Source: a virus (Duplodnaviria; Caudoviricetes). Taken from it: a stretch of DNA of 40,874 nucleotides. Below are positions 37,428 through 40,874 of the stretch, in pieces. Position 1 is the first letter of the stretch. Each line of letters begins with the position of its first letter. Made by a program: the position numbers and the translations under genes. The stretch is taken from positions 1 through 40,874 of the IMG/VR virus record IMGVR_UViG_3300024187_000014; one strand, given 5' to 3'. The notes below the pieces were generated by a model, which searched no databases, was not told the DNA's origin, and saw only the letters and a program-made list of their open reading frames with translations.

Positions 37428-38204
37428 ATGGTCGCAAAAGCTGAAGCCCCGAAGCCCGTCGAATCCTCCGCACTGGTGCCGATCAACGTGAACGGAGAAA
37501 CCGCCGTCGCGGGGTTTCAACACGTTCAGACAACGCGCGGCAATTACGTCTCATTCCCCAAAGCGGGAAAAACGCTGTGGGACGACTTGCGCGCGAAGTG
37601 GCGGAACTTTGAAGAATATGAGCCGGTACTGGTCCGGCAAACTCCCGCAGGGAATGAATTCGAGCGCATCGCAACGGACATGACATTCCGCGCATACTGG
37701 CTTGGCGGGTATCACTGTTGGGCAAACTTCGATATCAACTCCGGTGCCGTACTCGCGGCTTCCCGAACCGCGGCCGAATCTCCGCTGATCGAAAACGTGG
37801 AGGGAGTCTTAATCGTCGTTACCCCGGAGGGACTCATGCCCGCCAAGTGCAGTTTCCGCAAGGCGCTCGCCAGCGCGGGGGTTTCGATGGATCAGGCGGG
37901 TACGCAAAAGGTTCAATCCCCCGACTGGCTCAAGGATAACCCGCACCATGCGAAGGTTCCGCCACAGTACCGATTCAAGGCGGATATTCGTGTAAGCGTC
38001 AAACCGTCGCGCAATCCGCGAGCTATGGGTATGCCGTACCCCCTAGCGAATACCCGAATTGTTCCCACGACCACGGAGGAAATTCAGAAGTTGCAGGACG
38101 CAATGCGCGCAACGCTCTTTCAGGACGCTCTGAAAGCTTGCGTTATCGGGTATCGGGAGCGGGTCCGTGAAATCGAAACTCGATTTCCGGAAGCTGCCAA
38201 ATAA
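37428..38204 (+). CDS. Hypothetical protein (possible SSB/recombination partner of the nuclease)
   Basis: Position directly after the exonuclease; function inferred from synteny only. Confidence 0.6.
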   Translation: MVAKAEAPKPVESSALVPINVNGETAVAGFQHVQTTRGNYVSFPKAGKTLWDDLRAKWRNFEEYEPVLVRQTPAGNEFERIATDMTFRAYWLGGYHCWANFDINSGAVLAASRTAAESPLIENVEGVLIVVTPEGLMPAKCSFRKALASAGVSMDQAGTQKVQSPDWLKDNPHHAKVPPQYRFKADIRVSVKPSRNPRAMGMPYPLANTRIVPTTTEEIQKLQDAMRATLFQDALKACVIGYRERVREIETRFPEAAK

Positions 38205-38208
38205 GTAA

Positions 38209-38252
38209 CACGTACCCGCGGAGTCGTCAAAGCCCGACTCCGCGGGTACGTG
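38209..38252. repeat. Perfect 18-bp inverted repeat, loop TCAAAGCC
   Basis: CACGTACCCGCGGAGTCG / CGACTCCGCGGGTACGTG. Confidence 0.9.
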
Positions 38253-38296
38253 CTACCTCAGTTAACCTTAACCTTAACCTTTACCTTGGACTTGAA

Positions 38297-38542
38297 ATGC
38301 CCCGCAAAATCCAGCGCAAAAAATGCCTTGCCCCTTCATGCAAGCGGCTTTTCGGAGGCGCGAAAAACGGAGGCGGCCGCGGGTTATGTAAACAGTGTCA
38401 TTGGCACGCATGTAAATTAGTACGATTGAACCGGACCACATGGAAGGAACTGGAACAATTAGGATTAGCGGAGCCGGTATACAAATGCCCGTTTGAACTT
38501 GAAGTAATAAAAGCACGAAAGCGATTGCGACGCAAGCCATAA
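38297..38542 (+). CDS. Small basic Cys-containing protein
   Basis: C....C...RGLCKQC; TTGAA-ATG leader. Confidence 0.6.
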   Translation: MPRKIQRKKCLAPSCKRLFGGAKNGGGRGLCKQCHWHACKLVRLNRTTWKELEQLGLAEPVYKCPFELEVIKARKRLRRKP

Positions 38543-38695
38543 CTCGTTATCTGGCTTGAAGATACATCTGTACACTGTGGAAAAACTCAAGTGTCCAACG
38601 GGTAAGTACACCACCCTCGCGGCGACTGTAAATCGCCGCGGAACGTCGAAAACCTGTCGGCACTTGGGAATTTTGTCAAAACTCCGAAAAATCCC

Positions 38696-38724
38696 TTGAC
38701 AAGCGAATCGAGCCGGGGTATATT
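38696..38724 (+). promoter_or_regulatory. Sigma70-like promoter of the ParB operon
   Basis: TTGACA (38696-38701), 17-bp spacer, TATATT (38719-38724). Confidence 0.7.
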
Positions 38725-38755
38725 ACCTCTGTACGGTTAACTGAGGTAACGAGAA

Positions 38756-38839
38756 ATGCTAATCGTAAACGCAATCGTCGCCCTGATCCTCGTAAGTCTA
38801 GCCGTCCGGTCGATTCTCCAAGCTGCGAAAGGGAAGTGA
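38756..38839 (+). CDS. 27-aa single-TM peptide (absent from the ORF track)
   Basis: MLIVNAIVALILVSLAVRSILQAAKGK; RBS lies in the motif at 38737. Confidence 0.6.
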   Translation: MLIVNAIVALILVSLAVRSILQAAKGK

Positions 38840-38842
38840 CGT

Positions 38843-39127
38843 ATGACAACGGAAATCCAGAACCTGTACAGTGAATTCGTCAACGGGGTACAGTCCGGGC
38901 GACACCGCATCCCGGCGGAGAAAGCTGCAAAGCTGCTGGCGGAGCTGGCGACTACCTCTGTCTCTGTCGTACTGATGGTTAACGTGTTCGGTGCCGCCCA
39001 CGAAATCACCCTCGATACCGCCGCAATCGAGGAAATCGCGGATTCACTAAAGCACGGTCAAGGCTACGTCAACGTGACCGGCGTCTACGGTAACAGTGGG
39101 CTTTCGATGGTAAAGATCGAAGTATGA
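38843..39127 (+). CDS. Hypothetical protein
   Basis: Follows the peptide by 3 nt; codon usage similar to the ParB gene. Confidence 0.65.
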   Translation: MTTEIQNLYSEFVNGVQSGRHRIPAEKAAKLLAELATTSVSVVLMVNVFGAAHEITLDTAAIEEIADSLKHGQGYVNVTGVYGNSGLSMVKIEV

Positions 39128-39199
39128 ACTTACCCGCGAGTATTTACCCGGTAACTCGCGAGTATTTACACACCCCACCGGGCAAGAGGTATCTGTATC

Positions 39200-40198
39200 A
39201 TGGCTAAGAGCAAAAAGGAAAACAACGTGGCCACGGCGACGACTGAGCAACGCGAGCAAATCATGCTGAACCCCTCCGAGATTCAGCGTACCGCGAATCT
39301 CGGCCGGTTCCGCGAGTCCCCGACAGAGGGGCGCGTCAAGAAGCTGGCAGAGTCGATTCAGGAACACGGGCAGCTCGCACCCGTCGGCGTCCGCAAGACT
39401 GACGGGGGTTATGAGCTGGTGTATGGGTGGACGCGTGTCGCGGCCTGCGAACTGCTGAACCGCGAAGTTCGCGCCGAAGTCCTCGATATCGCGGAGAATA
39501 ACAAGCTCGAAAAGTCCATCGCCGAGAATCTCCGCCGCAACGAAATGTCACCGATGGACAAGGTAGCCGCAATGCACCGGCTCCACAACTTCGGCAAGAG
39601 CAAGCGCGAAATCGCTCAGATGTTTAACTGTGCCGCGCCATGGGTTACGGAAGCGATGAAGATTAACGACCTGCCCGACACGATCAAGGAAGCCGTGGAC
39701 GAAGGGCGCTGCGGTATGCGGGCCGCGGTCGCGCTGACGAAGCTTAAGGACGACGATGAGCGCATGGCGGTTTTCGTCGGCGCCCTGTCCACCGAACCTG
39801 ACCCGGAGGATAACAAGCGTACCCTCGAAATCTATGACGCGAACAAAATCCACAAGGAAGTTGAGAAGCGCACCGGAGTCGCGACCGCTCCGAAAGCTGC
39901 CGACGGAGAACCGTCCGCCGAAACGTCGGACGGTTCTCCGTCCGCGGAATCTGAGGCGGGGACGGAAACCACAGAAGGCGCGGGCAAGCTGGGACTGACG
40001 AAACCGCGGGCGGAGGAACTACGGGACGTGATTCTGCGGGCTATCGGATCGACTCCCGGCCCGAACATTACCCCCGCGTTCCGCGAATTCCTGAAAGCGG
40101 AAATCGACATGTTGGAAGGTCGAATCAACGCGGAGGAATTCGAGCAAGCTTTCGCCAAGTTCGGCGGGTTCCAAACCGGCGACTTGCATAAGGACTAG
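39200..40198 (+). CDS. ParB/Spo0J/KorB-family DNA-binding protein
   Basis: LAESIQEHGQLAPVGV, YELVYGWTR (box II variant), ENLRR, HTH (SKREIAQMFNCAAPWV), and LP..IKEAVDEG. Confidence 0.88.
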   Translation: MAKSKKENNVATATTEQREQIMLNPSEIQRTANLGRFRESPTEGRVKKLAESIQEHGQLAPVGVRKTDGGYELVYGWTRVAACELLNREVRAEVLDIAENNKLEKSIAENLRRNEMSPMDKVAAMHRLHNFGKSKREIAQMFNCAAPWVTEAMKINDLPDTIKEAVDEGRCGMRAAVALTKLKDDDERMAVFVGALSTEPDPEDNKRTLEIYDANKIHKEVEKRTGVATAPKAADGEPSAETSDGSPSAESEAGTETTEGAGKLGLTKPRAEELRDVILRAIGSTPGPNITPAFREFLKAEIDMLEGRINAEEFEQAFAKFGGFQTGDLHKD

Positions 40199-40206
40199 CT
40201 AACCCC

Positions 40207-40258
40207 GTCCCGTATACCCTGTCCGTCCACAAAGCCGGACGGACAGGGTATACGGGAC
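40207..40258. repeat. Perfect 22-bp inverted repeat, loop ACAAAGCC
   Basis: GTCCCGTATACCCTGTCCGTCC / GGACGGACAGGGTATACGGGAC. Confidence 0.9.
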
Positions 40259-40294
40259 AAACTTAACTGAGGTAGCCTAACCCTAGGTGAAATC

Positions 40295-40498
40295 ATGCCA
40301 ATCAAGCTTTATGACGGGCCCGATTACTTGTTTCAGGATGCGTGCGGACTCGCTGATATTCCCGCAACGCGCCGCCAATACAAAAAGTGGTTACGCAAGC
40401 AAGGTACTGCGTACAAGTTCAAGGCGCGAGCTCTAGCTGAGCTGAACAAAGACTTACCGCCGGTTAACGTGAATCCGCAACCCGCGGCCCCGAAGTAG
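40295..40498 (+). CDS. Small hypothetical protein
   Basis: AGGTGAAATC-ATG leader; TRRQYKKW..KQG.AY. Confidence 0.65.
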   Translation: MPIKLYDGPDYLFQDACGLADIPATRRQYKKWLRKQGTAYKFKARALAELNKDLPPVNVNPQPAAPK

Positions 40499-40512
40499 TG
40501 TATGTATATTCT

Positions 40513-40537
40513 AACCTACGTCATAGTGACGTAGGTT
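40513..40537. repeat. Perfect 11-bp inverted repeat
   Basis: AACCTACGTCA-TAG-TGACGTAGGTT, followed by the motif at 40541. Confidence 0.8.
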
Positions 40538-40584
40538 GGATTACCTCAGTTAACTGCCCCCACCCCTATCTTGGAGTTGAAATC

Positions 40585-40788
40585 GTGAAATTTTACTTAC
40601 TGCTAGTTTCGATTAAGGGCGGCTGGAAAGTTCATTCGGTCCACTTGACGCGGGAACAAGCGGAGGAATGGCGGAAGTGCAAGGAACATGACGGGGAAGA
40701 TACCGCCATTGCGGAAGCTCTCGCGGAAATTTTTTCTGAGAAACTTGAAAAAAAAAAATCCCTTGACACGTACCCGGCACCGGGTTAA
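40585..40788 (+). CDS. Small hypothetical protein
   Basis: GGAG-TTGAAATC-GTG leader; its 3' end runs through the poly-A and promoter of the terminal repeat. Confidence 0.55.
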   Translation: MKFYLLLVSIKGGWKVHSVHLTREQAEEWRKCKEHDGEDTAIAEALAEIFSEKLEKKKSLDTYPAPG

Positions 40789-40874
40789 GATACCCTCAGT
40801 GATCGAAACAACTTAACTGAGGTAACGGCCCATGAACAAGCTCTGTAGCCTACTGGTGTACGACATTCCCGAAG
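40735..40874. repeat. Terminal direct repeat / circular overlap with 1..139
   Basis: Same sequence as 1..139 with one extra A. Confidence 0.95.

Larger units (their letters stand above)
78..40553. repeat. Genome-wide dispersed 13-bp pseudo-palindrome TTAMCTSAGKTAA (~49 unique copies)
   Basis: Start positions read by eye (* = 1 mismatch): 78, 1780, 3049*, 3210, 4438, 5370, 6219, 6449, 6924, 8385, 9144, 10512, 11040, 11971, 12596, 12967, 13743, 14566*, 16010, 17314, 18168, 19368, 20243, 20265, 21519, 22574, 23238, 24236, 24505, 25423, 26266, 28551, 28971, 29914, 30889*, 31567, 32153, 32514*, 33310*, 33491, 34023*, 34893, 35544, 36348, 36857, 38253*, 38737, 40263*, 40541. The copy at 40813 duplicates 78; 29618 has 2 mismatches. 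Confidence 0.97.

Noticed and set aside
31-38218. ACACGTACCCG recurring at 31, 33101 and 38208
   Set aside because: Only three copies in unrelated contexts; too little to assign meaning.
38209-38252. Long hairpins (also 40207-40258) as classical intrinsic terminators
   Set aside because: No U-tract on either strand and the stems are unusually long; kept as a separate finding.
78-38749. Motif explained purely as a strong Shine-Dalgarno sequence
   Set aside because: Over half the copies are intragenic or antisense, and TTAACTSAGTTAA variants lack AGGT.
39135-39169. CGCGAGTATTTAC direct repeat upstream of ParB as a parS or iteron array
   Set aside because: Only two copies, partly explained by an imperfect hairpin; cannot be supported further.
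78-40553. 13-bp repeats as a CRISPR array
   Set aside because: The repeats are too short, hundreds of bp apart and embedded in genes; there is no repeat-spacer periodicity and no cas operon.
1-40874. Stop-codon reassignment, introns/inteins, DGR or integrase
   Set aside because: Core genes are intact and of normal length in code 11; I saw no reverse transcriptase, intein or recombinase motifs.

Overview
This window looks like a complete, circularly assembled ~40.7 kb tailed-phage genome with an HK97-type head and a siphovirus-like tail. Bases 1-139 recur at 40735-40874. A rightward early/replication arm (32.5 kb -> end -> 7.1 kb) carries zinc-finger and Xre-HTH proteins, an SF2 helicase, a Cas4/RecB-like nuclease, a ParB-family protein, an AEP primase-helicase, a MazG-like protein, a family A DNA polymerase and two N6-adenine methyltransferases. 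A leftward late arm (32.1 kb -> 7.1 kb) carries TerS, a four-gene adhesin-like cassette, TerL, portal, protease, capsid, head-tail and tail genes, membrane proteins, a papain-like peptidase and a KTSC protein. I recognised no integrase, ParA, tRNA or peptidoglycan hydrolase. Several protein signatures suggest a Planctomycetota (Gemmataceae-like) host; this is inference. The main discovery is a 13-bp pseudo-palindrome, TTAMCTSAGKTAA (commonly TTAACTGAGGTAA). By eye I count 49 unique copies (41 perfect, 8 with one mismatch), roughly one per 0.8 kb. It lies inside genes in several frames and both orientations, over ribosome-binding sites and stop codons, over promoter start regions, and next to long hairpins. 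Its architecture resembles RK2 KorB operators, and the genome encodes a ParA-less ParB/KorB-like protein. Together these suggest an undescribed genome-wide ParB-operator coating or regulatory system. All counts and coordinates were read manually.
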